From IMG/VR virus record IMGVR_UViG_3300045988_130116: a stretch of 64,000 nt of DNA; one strand, 5' to 3'. How positions within the stretch are numbered: position 1 is the stretch's first letter; each line of letters opens with the position of its first letter. Source of the stretch: a virus. This document shows positions 45,901-54,900 of the stretch, piece after piece. Below the pieces are notes generated by a model. That model was not told the origin of the DNA and searched no databases. It saw only the letters and a program-made list of their open reading frames with translations. Both the position numbers and the translations under genes were made by a program.

Positions 45901-46833
45901 ACTACAATGGATGGGAACACAGAAAGTGGTAGAAGACTACAGGTAGAATTCGGCTGCCATGAACTTAGAGATAGGGCTAGAAATTATTATTGGAATATTA
46001 TACACTCTTTAGTCGCTTATAATATGGGAGCAGGAGCTTTTAATCTTATATGTAGTAAATATATCTGTGAAAAATATGGATATGAATTAATTCGTAGTGG
46101 GTCTTTAAGCAAACAAAGTTCTCAGGTTCAAAAGAAAGTTAAAGAAATGCTTAAACAAGGAGACTTGGGATATTTAAAATATAGAAAATGGTATACAACA
46201 ACAGGACATAATTATCTTAATGCTGGTCCGGGAACTGCTAATAATGTAGAACTTTATTTACAATATTATAAATCAGTTAATGGGCAATTACCATATTTCT
46301 ATGATGATGATAATAAAAAATTAAATTTTGAAGATGTAGTTTTAACATCTGGTCAACCAACAACAACCACAGAGCTAATTGACGCTATGGGCAATAAATG
46401 CATTGGTTATCCAACAGAATTAATTTGTTCTGCTCCAGAGGGTATTCCTCTAGGCAGTAAGGTATTTATACAGGGAACAGGTTCAGATTTAGACGGTAAA
46501 ATATTTACTGTAGTAGATAGATGTGACGAATTAAATAATTCATTAAATATAAAATTATGTATGGAAAACAAAGCTACTGCAAATGCATATGACGAAATGA
46601 TAGGAAATGTTTTAGTAGGAGACATTGTAACTGATGGGAAAATAGTTGTAACAACAGCAGGTGTCAATATAAGATCAGGTACGAGTACTTCTTATGATAA
46701 AGTTGGTCATGCAGTAAAAGATTGCCATTTTACTTGGATAAAAACATTTAAAAATGGATGGCACAAAGTAGACTTTAAAGGAAAAGAATGTTATATGTCT
46801 GGAACGTATTCAAAAGTTAAGGAAGTGGGCTAA
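42937..46833 (+). CDS. tail-associated multidomain peptidoglycan hydrolase
   Basis: Two NlpC/P60- or CHAP-like units (DCSTLTSLSYRG...GHVALVTG and FDCVNVIKAVLWG...GHIGIYVGEG). A lytic transglycosylase unit (IIAAESGGDP...GYGLMQCE...AYNMGAG). A 3D/DPBB-like segment (IPLGSKVFIQGTG..GKIFTVVDRCD). A C-terminal SH3b-like segment (VNIRSGTSTSYDKVGH...WHKV). Confidence 0.75.
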   Translation: MAFIDDLTEKSTTNGSDYLIIEDNESTKKIQLKNLLSKQPIDIKMNENNKIYLIASDGTQIGDGTTLALSSGEAKQIEMVFDGVWVKWRYKGDENWINLFSVADIGGSSGGGGGSNPPSNTDVEFRIGTVTTLPAGSDATAVIEEPTDNSFVLSLGLPRGEAVTVDGDGVDVSNQIKTNTDKTSSKVSIIVRTNNRYVYGTLSSLTLLTNTAEKELPDYNVAVTFRTQDNTPMKFSQSTNLYMVGDDCLFGAFIPRVSTDYRIEIAYGGTRLIGKVYGANYGYVATLSNFTGGGNIVGVAKSYIDNATSFCYGTTTILSSVTAKSEVTDSTGKFYIDCSTLTSLSYRGILYSDSKYNDWTKTNSARTSKYSYVIELPRTAAEQARYCIEKGWILPKEYWGDNYNLLQAGDLVFYSERPVGKVSAWGTRFMRVGHVALVTGIEEGIAYLYEATSGTAVNGLRKISILDNTPEKICMIARPQLTVGSSGGQDGWDIEDDPSNPSENMLENGGISTSTGNNTQSSTYVRNMGYIHLGDVKGIKLSVSNKDIIIANVFYYDDNDKMISYEGVGGSSYNKSIPTGAKKFRFTFRRADNSALNYYEVNYDISYVMNENINIKPTPSEMGFRDFPRVTGKINNQYKLVAKLNEIVEDYDTCYVYGAVGQHLTASLISTLADRWRSMNFYTQSKLNQYEKIMADAKKKNKYIWGFDCVNVIKAVLWGWNGDQSKSYGGATYGSNGVSDVSADGCISICKNVKSYWDKNNNPIPWDDIQLGEAVWTNGHIGIYVGEGLVIECTPKSGTGWTNNVQISGLGNLPFNKTYSSKKRTWKKHGKLPWITYLDECPWTKTEDGQVVELKGKAYKASISTYYPTTATVNTSSKSEATKILKDLNMGKGLTYSNYKNAIKWQSLVDEIAPKFGVDPTVAIMIIAAESGGDPNQKTGSNGGYGLMQCERSVYIKGFKNPNTGKTNSGVHTIKYLDGTTKKVTLSMTTMDGNTESGRRLQVEFGCHELRDRARNYYWNIIHSLVAYNMGAGAFNLICSKYICEKYGYELIRSGSLSKQSSQVQKKVKEMLKQGDLGYLKYRKWYTTTGHNYLNAGPGTANNVELYLQYYKSVNGQLPYFYDDDNKKLNFEDVVLTSGQPTTTTELIDAMGNKCIGYPTELICSAPEGIPLGSKVFIQGTGSDLDGKIFTVVDRCDELNNSLNIKLCMENKATANAYDEMIGNVLVGDIVTDGKIVVTTAGVNIRSGTSTSYDKVGHAVKDCHFTWIKTFKNGWHKVDFKGKECYMSGTYSKVKEVG

Positions 46834-47217
46834 ATGAAAAAATGGCTTAAAAAAGAATTTTTTATTTTTATAATATTTGGTATATCCTATTTTACATTAG
46901 AAATTCTTTATAGGGGATATTCACATTGGACTATGATATTTTTAGGTGGAATAGTAAGCGTTCTTATAGGGTTAATTAATGAAATAACTCCAAATATGAG
47001 AATGTGGAAACAAATGCTTTTAGGAACAATACTTATTACTGTTTTTGAATTTATACTTGGATATATTTTAAATATAAAATTAGGATTAGGTATATGGGAC
47101 TATTCCAATATCCCTTTTAATGTTATGGGGCAAATATGTTTGCCGTTTTCTTTTTTATGGTTTGTATTATCTTATTTTGTAATTATATTAGATGATATAT
47201 TAAAGGAAACATTTTAA
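46834..47217 (+). CDS. polytopic membrane protein (about 4 TM; DUF1113-like by recollection)
   Basis: Four hydrophobic stretches. ATG follows the lysin stop directly. Confidence 0.55.
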   Translation: MKKWLKKEFFIFIIFGISYFTLEILYRGYSHWTMIFLGGIVSVLIGLINEITPNMRMWKQMLLGTILITVFEFILGYILNIKLGLGIWDYSNIPFNVMGQICLPFSFLWFVLSYFVIILDDILKETF

Positions 47218-47274
47218 ACATATCAAATATAATATAAATTAACAAGGTATTTTAAGAAAAAGGAGATGGTCAAG

Positions 47275-47766
47275 ATGGCAATATTTGTAGGTGTTGGAAG
47301 AACAGATGAGTGTTCTAACAATAAAAAAGAAGAAAAAGAAAAAAAATGGAAACTTTTATCGGAAATTAAATTAACAGCAAATAATCCAAGAATACTTATA
47401 AGACAAGATGCAGAAGGCAATGAATTTAGTTGTGAAAAAATAATAATTGTTGGTAAAATTGTTTCTAACATAACAAGTAAACCTATGTGTAAGATAAATG
47501 ATACTATGGAATTTTCAGGAGTAAATTCGACTTATGTAAGTGGGACTAGATATATTTATGAGACATATGAAGATAAAGGTTTCTTTATAGAAAGAGACAC
47601 TAAATATCTTACTCAAGACATACTTGAAAGTTCAGTTTTATTTGATAATGGATTCTTTAGGGTAGTTAAAGGTCAAACTAATGGTATAAAATCTATTGAA
47701 TTATATGGGGATTCAGCTTCTTTTGTATTTAAAGCAGGAACAGAGTTGGAAATTTATGGATTCTAA
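47275..47766 (+). CDS. hypothetical protein
   Basis: ATG 47275 is 9 nt after AAGGAGA. The track start at 47266 abuts the RBS. Confidence 0.5.
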   Translation: MAIFVGVGRTDECSNNKKEEKEKKWKLLSEIKLTANNPRILIRQDAEGNEFSCEKIIIVGKIVSNITSKPMCKINDTMEFSGVNSTYVSGTRYIYETYEDKGFFIERDTKYLTQDILESSVLFDNGFFRVVKGQTNGIKSIELYGDSASFVFKAGTELEIYGF

Positions 47767-48082
47767 TACATATACAATATCTTTAGAGCTAGTGTTTTCA
47801 TGCATAGCCATGATAATAGGAGTTGGGTCATTTTTAGCTTCTAGGAGTAAAGAAAGTGATAGAAACGGAAGAGAACGAGCGACTGTTGAAGTTAAATTAG
47901 ATTATATAGCTCAATCATTAGACGATTTAAAAGCTCAAATAAATGAATCAAGAGAAGAAGATGAAAGAAATAAAAACAAGATATCCGAAATGGAAAAGAT
48001 AATGCTTAAACATTCAATGAGATTAAATACAATAGAAAATGAATTAAATATTGACCATAAAGAATTTAAAGAAGATGAATAA
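47756..48082 (+). CDS. putative holin-like protein (single N-terminal TM plus charged coiled coil; BhlA/UviB-like layout)
   Basis: MDSNTYTISLELVFSCIAMIIGVGSFLASRSKE, followed by a charged helical tail. The internal ATG at 47756 was chosen because the track's N-terminal 20 aa overlap the previous gene. Confidence 0.4.
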   Translation: MDSNTYTISLELVFSCIAMIIGVGSFLASRSKESDRNGRERATVEVKLDYIAQSLDDLKAQINESREEDERNKNKISEMEKIMLKHSMRLNTIENELNIDHKEFKEDE

Positions 48083-48086
48083 TATG

Positions 48087-48115
48087 ACGAGGGGATTTCC
48101 CTCGTTATTTTTTTT
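48087..48115 (+). terminator. Rho-independent terminator
   Basis: ACGAGGG, GATTT, CCCTCGT, then TATTTTTTTT. Confidence 0.8.
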
Positions 48116-48133
48116 ATAAGGAGGTGATTTCGT

Positions 48134-48556
48134 ATGGCAATATTTTATGACTATACGATAACTGTAGACGGAGATAAAGCTAAATTAAATAAAAATATAT
48201 ACTTATATAAAAATAATAAAAATATAACTTATTATTTTACGATACAAAATGCTCCCTTTAAATTTATTAATGCGGTAGATATGGTAGAAAGCTTAAACGC
48301 TTCTACGGCAGATATAAAAATATTAAAACCCAACGGAGTAAAGAAAAGAATAAAAAATATTCCTATTGAAAATGGGAAAGTAAAATTAGAAATAGATGAT
48401 AAATTTATGGATGAGGTATCTGAAATAGGTAAATATACTTTTCAAATAGACCTATATGATAATGCTACAAATAAAGGTAGAGTAACAATACCTCCTGTTA
48501 TAGAACAATTTTGCGTACTTGCACCTATCTTTGAAGATAATGAAGTAACAGAATAG
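48134..48556 (+). CDS. BppU-N-like baseplate/receptor-binding protein, short paralog
   Basis: The N-terminus MAIFYDYTITVDGDKAKLNKNIYLYKNNKNITYYF is shared with the next gene. Confidence 0.5.
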   Translation: MAIFYDYTITVDGDKAKLNKNIYLYKNNKNITYYFTIQNAPFKFINAVDMVESLNASTADIKILKPNGVKKRIKNIPIENGKVKLEIDDKFMDEVSEIGKYTFQIDLYDNATNKGRVTIPPVIEQFCVLAPIFEDNEVTE

Positions 48557-48566
48557 GTGATGTTGT

Positions 48567-49526
48567 ATGGCTATTTTTTATAATTATACAATAACGGTTA
48601 ATGGTAATAAAGCTAGTATGGATAAAAACATTTATTTATACAGAAAAAATAAAAATGTAGATTATTATTTTGAAATTAAAAATGCTTGTTTTAAATTTGA
48701 AAACGAAATTAATTATATTATTAGTTATAATGCAGAATATGCTAGGTTTAAAGTGATGAAACCAGATGGTAGTAAATTTGTTACAAAAAAAAGAAAAGTA
48801 GAAAATGGTTACGCTAAATTTTCAGTTACAGAAGATTTAATAGACGAAAAGGCAGAAGTTGGGACATATGTTTTTCAAATAGACTTATATGACGAAGACG
48901 ATGGGTTTATTACTATCCCCCCTATTTATAATCAATTTCATGTTTTAGAACCATTATTTGATGATAGCGATTCAGATATAGGACAAATAGATATCTCCGG
49001 CATAGATATTTCTTATATAGGAGATACAGCAGAAGAGGTAACCATATTTGATAAAAATAATGTATATATTAAAACCTTTTGGAAAACAAGAGATATTATA
49101 TCTTCTGTTAGAATGAATAAAATAGAAGAAGCTTTAAATACTTTAAGTTCTCGTAAAAGCGATATAGAAGATTTCTTTATAGAGAGCAATATTCCCCCGG
49201 AAGATAAAGATGCTTATTGGGTTGATATAGGAACTATAGACACATTAAAAGAGCAATCGGCTCATGAAGGAATAATTAAAGAGCTTTTAGAAACAGTTAA
49301 AAATCTTCAAAAAAGAATATTAGTTTTGGAAGAAAAAGTTGGCTTAGGAATAATTTCTCCAACAACAGGAGACTATTTACAATTAGCAGATGGAACAAAT
49401 TTACAATTAGCAGATGGAACATTCTTAGAATTATCTTCAGGGAATTCTTCGAGTAAAAAATATTTACAATTAGCAGATGGAACATTTTTAGAATTAGCGA
49501 ATAATACTTTTTTAGAAATAAATTAG
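48567..49526 (+). CDS. BppU-N-like baseplate/receptor-binding protein, long paralog with C-terminal LQLADGT repeats
   Basis: MAIFYNYTITVNGNKASMDKNIYLYRKNKNVDYYF. A coiled-coil neck. TTACAATTAGCAGATGGAACA occurs at 49377, 49401 and 49464. Confidence 0.55.
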   Translation: MAIFYNYTITVNGNKASMDKNIYLYRKNKNVDYYFEIKNACFKFENEINYIISYNAEYARFKVMKPDGSKFVTKKRKVENGYAKFSVTEDLIDEKAEVGTYVFQIDLYDEDDGFITIPPIYNQFHVLEPLFDDSDSDIGQIDISGIDISYIGDTAEEVTIFDKNNVYIKTFWKTRDIISSVRMNKIEEALNTLSSRKSDIEDFFIESNIPPEDKDAYWVDIGTIDTLKEQSAHEGIIKELLETVKNLQKRILVLEEKVGLGIISPTTGDYLQLADGTNLQLADGTFLELSSGNSSSKKYLQLADGTFLELANNTFLEIN

Positions 49527-49536
49527 AGGTGATAAG

Positions 49537-51987
49537 ATGACTAAATTTAATGAACTTAATAAAACTATTGTCATTAATGACACAGACTATTTATTATTGG
49601 GAACAAATTTAGATAATGGGTTTGAAAATAAAATAGCTAGTATAGAAACTTTAAAAAAAGCATTGTTAGGAGATACTTCTAATCAATATTTAAATTTATT
49701 ATCTTCTGATGGAAAAAAAGAATTTAGATTAACATTAGATGGAAATGGTAAAATACATATTTTCCCTATAGAAGCCTATACTAGCACTCCTTATACAGAA
49801 GGACAGAATTTAGAATCCCCTTTAAAAATAATCCCAAGTAATAAAATAGATTCGGCAAATAATAGTGGTTTAGTTATTCAACAAATATATGGTGGTGGTT
49901 CATTAACTACAAAAGAAACAGCAGTAAGCCATAATTTTGTTGAGTTATATAATTGTAATACCGTTGATATAAATTTAAATGGCTTATATCTTTGGTATAA
50001 ACCTAATGGTGGAAGTTGGAGTTCTTTAGCTTTAAGAGGAATAGTCCCTGCCGGACATTCTTTTTTAATTAGAGGTAATGCACTTTACAATATAAATAGT
50101 GATATAGTTAGATGTAAAATAAAAGAATATGACCAAGAATGGAATATATCTTTTTCAGAAAATGGATTCACAATATATTTATGTGTAGGAGAAAAAGAAC
50201 CCGAGGCAACGCCAGTTAAATATATAAAAAATGAATTAGGAGCAGTAACATCTACTAACCAAAGATGGGTTGATATGCTTGGCGGTGGTGGGACAGAAGA
50301 TTCTCACACTATCGCAGTATACGAAGGCGGATATTATAATATGGGAATGAGTAGATATTGTTCTTTAAGAAGAATGAATTTTAATAATGGTAAAAATAAT
50401 AGAGACGATGCAAAGATTATAAATTATCAAACTTGTGAAGTTGAAAAATTTAGACCAAGAAGTTTAGTAGACGGATATTGGAACTCAAGTGCAGAAACAA
50501 TACAATTTAATAAATATAGTCCTTCAATGGTCAATATGTGTTATGGGGAAGATGGTAATACTTCAAGAACTTTCACTTTTGAAACTCCAGTAACAGATTA
50601 TGATGGAATTATTAAATATAGAAAACAAGGAGACGCAAAGTGGATAAAGAAAAAAACAACTAAAGATATTGTAAATCTTTATGACCAAGTAATCAATATC
50701 CATAGAGTAATCATACATGATTTAACTTATGGAACTTACGAATATCAGCTAGGTGTAGAAGGTATGCTTACAGATATAGAAACATTTGAAGTAAAACAAT
50801 ATAACCAATCCAACAACTTAAAGATGATATGGACTACTGACGAACAAGGATTTACAGAATATGAATATAATGCAGTAAGAACAGCTTGTGATGCTATAGA
50901 ACATTATGAATATTCAAATGGCACTCCTAACTTCGACTGTCATTTAAATAGTGGCGATATTTCACAAAATGCAAACAGACCACAGGAATGGCGATACTAT
51001 TATAAATATCATGAAAATAATCTTAAAACTATGCCACATATACTTAATTGCGGAAATAACGACTTAATAGACAAGAAATTTGGTACAGCTTTTGAATATT
51101 ATGGCACCTTTGAAAATCAACCATTATTAAATGCTTATGAACCTCATGTAGAAGGGGAAAGAGCAGTTCCAATGGTTTCTAGTTATAGTTTTGATGTTGG
51201 TTTTGTACATTTTGTAGTGATTAATTCTAATACAGAATATATGTACCCAGAAGTAAATACAGATGAGTTTCTAAGAAAACAAATAGAATTCTTAGATGAT
51301 GATTTAACTAAGGTTGAAGCAAGAGCGACTAAACCTAGATGGGTAGTTGTTACTTGTCATTTAAGTCCTTTTACAATAGTTAGAACTAAGAGATTACAAC
51401 AATGGATTCCTTATATAGAAAAACATAAAGTGGATTTTGTATTATGCGGCCATAACCATACTTATTCAAGAAGTATCCCACTATACACAGGATATAAAGG
51501 AGCGACATATGATTCTTCTACTAGAAAGTTTACACTTGCACCATATAACAATTATGTAGATGTTGTATCTACTGGCTCTACTCAATTAAAAATAGTAGAT
51601 GAAAGTATAACAAGAACAGCCAATAAAGCTAATGGAACATATTACATAATGTGTCAGGCGACAGGTTATAAGCAAAAGGGTAAGGAAAAAGCTATTAATT
51701 TACCTAGTGGACAAAATTTATTAAAAACTGAAAATTCAAGTTCTATACATGACAATGGTAATGGTCAGCCTTGGTGGTACGCTTATACAGGTGCTTTGCC
51801 AGTACAACCAACATACATTATGGTGGACTTTGGATATGATAAAGTCACATTTAATATGTATTATATTAAAGATGTACTTACTAAAGATTTAGAAGAAAAA
51901 ATTACAGTAAATGATTTTGATTCTACTAAGAATGAAAGAGTTTTATTTGATACGCTTACTGTTAATTATTCAGACAGAAATAAATAA
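49537..51987 (+). CDS. fibre-like protein with a lamin-tail-domain-like segment and a purple-acid-phosphatase-like metallophosphoesterase domain
   Basis: LTD-like segment HNFVELYNCNTVDINLNGLYLWYKP..GSWSSLAL.G.VPAGHSFLIRG. Phosphoesterase motif series WTTDEQG, SGDISQN, CGNNDL, VVVTCH, LCGHNHTYSR. Confidence 0.6.
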   Translation: MTKFNELNKTIVINDTDYLLLGTNLDNGFENKIASIETLKKALLGDTSNQYLNLLSSDGKKEFRLTLDGNGKIHIFPIEAYTSTPYTEGQNLESPLKIIPSNKIDSANNSGLVIQQIYGGGSLTTKETAVSHNFVELYNCNTVDINLNGLYLWYKPNGGSWSSLALRGIVPAGHSFLIRGNALYNINSDIVRCKIKEYDQEWNISFSENGFTIYLCVGEKEPEATPVKYIKNELGAVTSTNQRWVDMLGGGGTEDSHTIAVYEGGYYNMGMSRYCSLRRMNFNNGKNNRDDAKIINYQTCEVEKFRPRSLVDGYWNSSAETIQFNKYSPSMVNMCYGEDGNTSRTFTFETPVTDYDGIIKYRKQGDAKWIKKKTTKDIVNLYDQVINIHRVIIHDLTYGTYEYQLGVEGMLTDIETFEVKQYNQSNNLKMIWTTDEQGFTEYEYNAVRTACDAIEHYEYSNGTPNFDCHLNSGDISQNANRPQEWRYYYKYHENNLKTMPHILNCGNNDLIDKKFGTAFEYYGTFENQPLLNAYEPHVEGERAVPMVSSYSFDVGFVHFVVINSNTEYMYPEVNTDEFLRKQIEFLDDDLTKVEARATKPRWVVVTCHLSPFTIVRTKRLQQWIPYIEKHKVDFVLCGHNHTYSRSIPLYTGYKGATYDSSTRKFTLAPYNNYVDVVSTGSTQLKIVDESITRTANKANGTYYIMCQATGYKQKGKEKAINLPSGQNLLKTENSSSIHDNGNGQPWWYAYTGALPVQPTYIMVDFGYDKVTFNMYYIKDVLTKDLEEKITVNDFDSTKNERVLFDTLTVNYSDRNK

Positions 51988-51998
51988 GAGGTGATTAA

Positions 51999-54900
51999 AT
52001 GCCTACAATAAGAAAATATAATAAAGAAACAGAGAAATATAAAAGAATAGCTACCTCCGATGCGTTGGAGGTGGCTATTTTAGACGCAGAAGGAAATTTT
52101 GAATCTGATAATGTAGAGGGTGCTTTAAGAGAATTAGGAGACGCTAAGGGGCAAATAGAAGTTAATAGAGGCATTATAGACGCTGTTAATTCTACTCTTA
52201 CTGACCATATCAAAAATCACCCTGGTGGTGGGGGTGGCGGAGGAACAATGCCTACTATAAGCACCGACTGGAACGAAACTTCTATTGACGGAGATAAAGA
52301 CTTTACAATTCCTATTTATTTTACATCTCCCAATTTAGGAGAAGGTACTTTATATGTCTTAATTAATAATGTAGAAACATCTATACAGACAATTTCTCAA
52401 GGTAACAATACTATTAAAATACCTGCTTTAGGGAGTGGTAAAAAAAGACTTTCTATTTATGTAAGAGATAGAGGACAACTTATGTCTAATCAATTAACAT
52501 GGGATATTGTTTGTGGTGGTATTAAACTAACTGTAACGATGAACACAGATATAGATTATACTCTTAAAGATAGAATATTATTAACTTATAATATAGACTG
52601 TGATTTACAAACTGATATAAATACGATTATTACTATTGACGGAACAGAATATACAGTTAAATCCAATAAAGGGTATAACTCTTATGAAATTAAGGGTTTA
52701 ACAGTAGGGATTCATAAAGTCGAAATATACGCAACCGCCGATGTTTATTCTACCCCTTCGCAAGTATTTAATGTTATAATTGTTGCTACAGAACAATTAT
52801 TTATAACCTCAACATTTGACACAACTAAACAATATGAAAAGGGTCAACCTATGAATATTAATTACAGAGTCTCTATAGCAAACACAGATTATTATACTAT
52901 TAATATGTATGTTGATGATTTTGAAAAACCTATTAAGACATTATCTCAACAACCCGGAAACTACTATTGGACTTTTACTCCTGAATTTGAGTTAGGGAAA
53001 CATACTTTAAGAATAGAAGCTTATAACTCTGATAAGAGTAAAACTGCCACATTAGATTTGCCTTTTGAATTAGTTGCTTCTAGTTATCAAGCTATGGAAT
53101 ATGTTAGTACAGGTCTAATAGCTTCTTTCAATGCGAAAAATAGAACTAATTCAGATGTTGACAGAGGGTATTGGGTAGACGATATAAATGGATATATAGG
53201 AAGATTATATAATTCAAATTATGGTACTAACGGTTGGATAGACGGAGAATTAGTATTAAATGGTAACACATATGTAGAGATTGATATGACTCCTTTTAGT
53301 GATAATGTAACTAGAGGATTCACTTTAGACATGGTGTTTAGCGTAGAGGATATAGGTAATCCTTTAGCTAGAGTTATAGACTGCACAAGTCTTTCTGCTC
53401 CTTATCCGGGGCTATATGTTAATCCTTATAAGGCTAATTTGGCTACTGTATCTCATAAGACAGAATTAGATATAGGGCAAGGAGAAGATATACAGATTAC
53501 TTTTATGATTGATAGGGTTTCTAAATTTGGTAAGGTATTCATCAACGGAGTATGTTGTGACCCATTCCAGTTATCAGATTCATCTTCTGGTAGCCAAATA
53601 ATATATGAACAAATTAAACACGAAGAAAAAATATATTTAAACAGTGAAAAAGGGACAAGTAATTTTGGTTCTTGCAAAATAAAAAGAATAATGATGTATG
53701 AAAGAGAATTATCAGACGAAGAAGTTCTTCAAAATAGAATAGCAGATATGAAAATAGAAGAACAAGAAGAAGAATATAACAAAAACTATAACGATGCTTA
53801 TATGCCTTGTATGTACATTTATGGAGATATAAGCAATATGACTTTAACAAATAAAAAAGAAGTTAGAATAAAATATGTTTCACCTAATGCTGATTTATAT
53901 GGGTCATCTTTTGAATATCCTAGATGTAAAATGTATTGGCAAGGGACTTCTTCTATTCAATATGCTAATAAGAATTTTAATATAGAATTAGGAGATAGTG
54001 ACGGAAACCAAGTATTTTATACTCCTTTTAAGAATGGTATTTTAGAATATTTATTCTGTTTAAAATGTAATCAAATGGAATCTTCTAATGTTATGAATAC
54101 AGGGTCTGCTATGTTTGTTAATGACAACTTATATGTAGAAAAGAATCCTGCCCAATTAAAGAATGATAAGGTTAGACAGGCTATCGAAGGCTTTCCTATG
54201 CTTTTATATATAAATGATGAATTTGTTGGACTGTATGATTTCAACTTAGATAGATATAGTTATCGTTCTTATGGATATAACTTATTCGATAAGTGTTTAG
54301 CTTATGAAGTATCAGCCAACTCTGACACAACAGCAGGTGCTTTTAATTCTTGGACTTCTTCTAGTGGTAAGACAGAACAAAATTATTATGCTTCTGACTT
54401 TGAATGTTTATATCCTCCAAGTAGACAAAATGGTAATGACAACTTTGCAGAATTAAAAACATTAGTTGATTTCGTAAGTGGTGCAGATGAAGATTTATTT
54501 AAAGAACAGTTTGATACTTATTTTGATAGACAGTCTGTATTTAGATATTATTTATTTGTACAAGTATTCGGGGGAATAGATTCTCTGGGAAAAAATATGA
54601 AAATAGTTACATTTGATGGTGTAAAATGGTATTTGCAAGTATATGACTTAGATAGTTTAATGGGATTAGACAATACTGGTGCATTAACGTTTGATGTTGA
54701 CATAGAAGTTGAAAGTGGAGTATTTAATACATCTAATTCTAAACTATGGAGTAAAATTAGACTTTATTTTGCTAATGAATTAAAACAAGAATATATTAAT
54801 ATGAGAAATGGTGTATTCACACTTGAAAATATGTATAAATATTTCTACGATAATCAAATGGATAAAATACCTGTAAGATACTATAATAAATCTACTGAAT

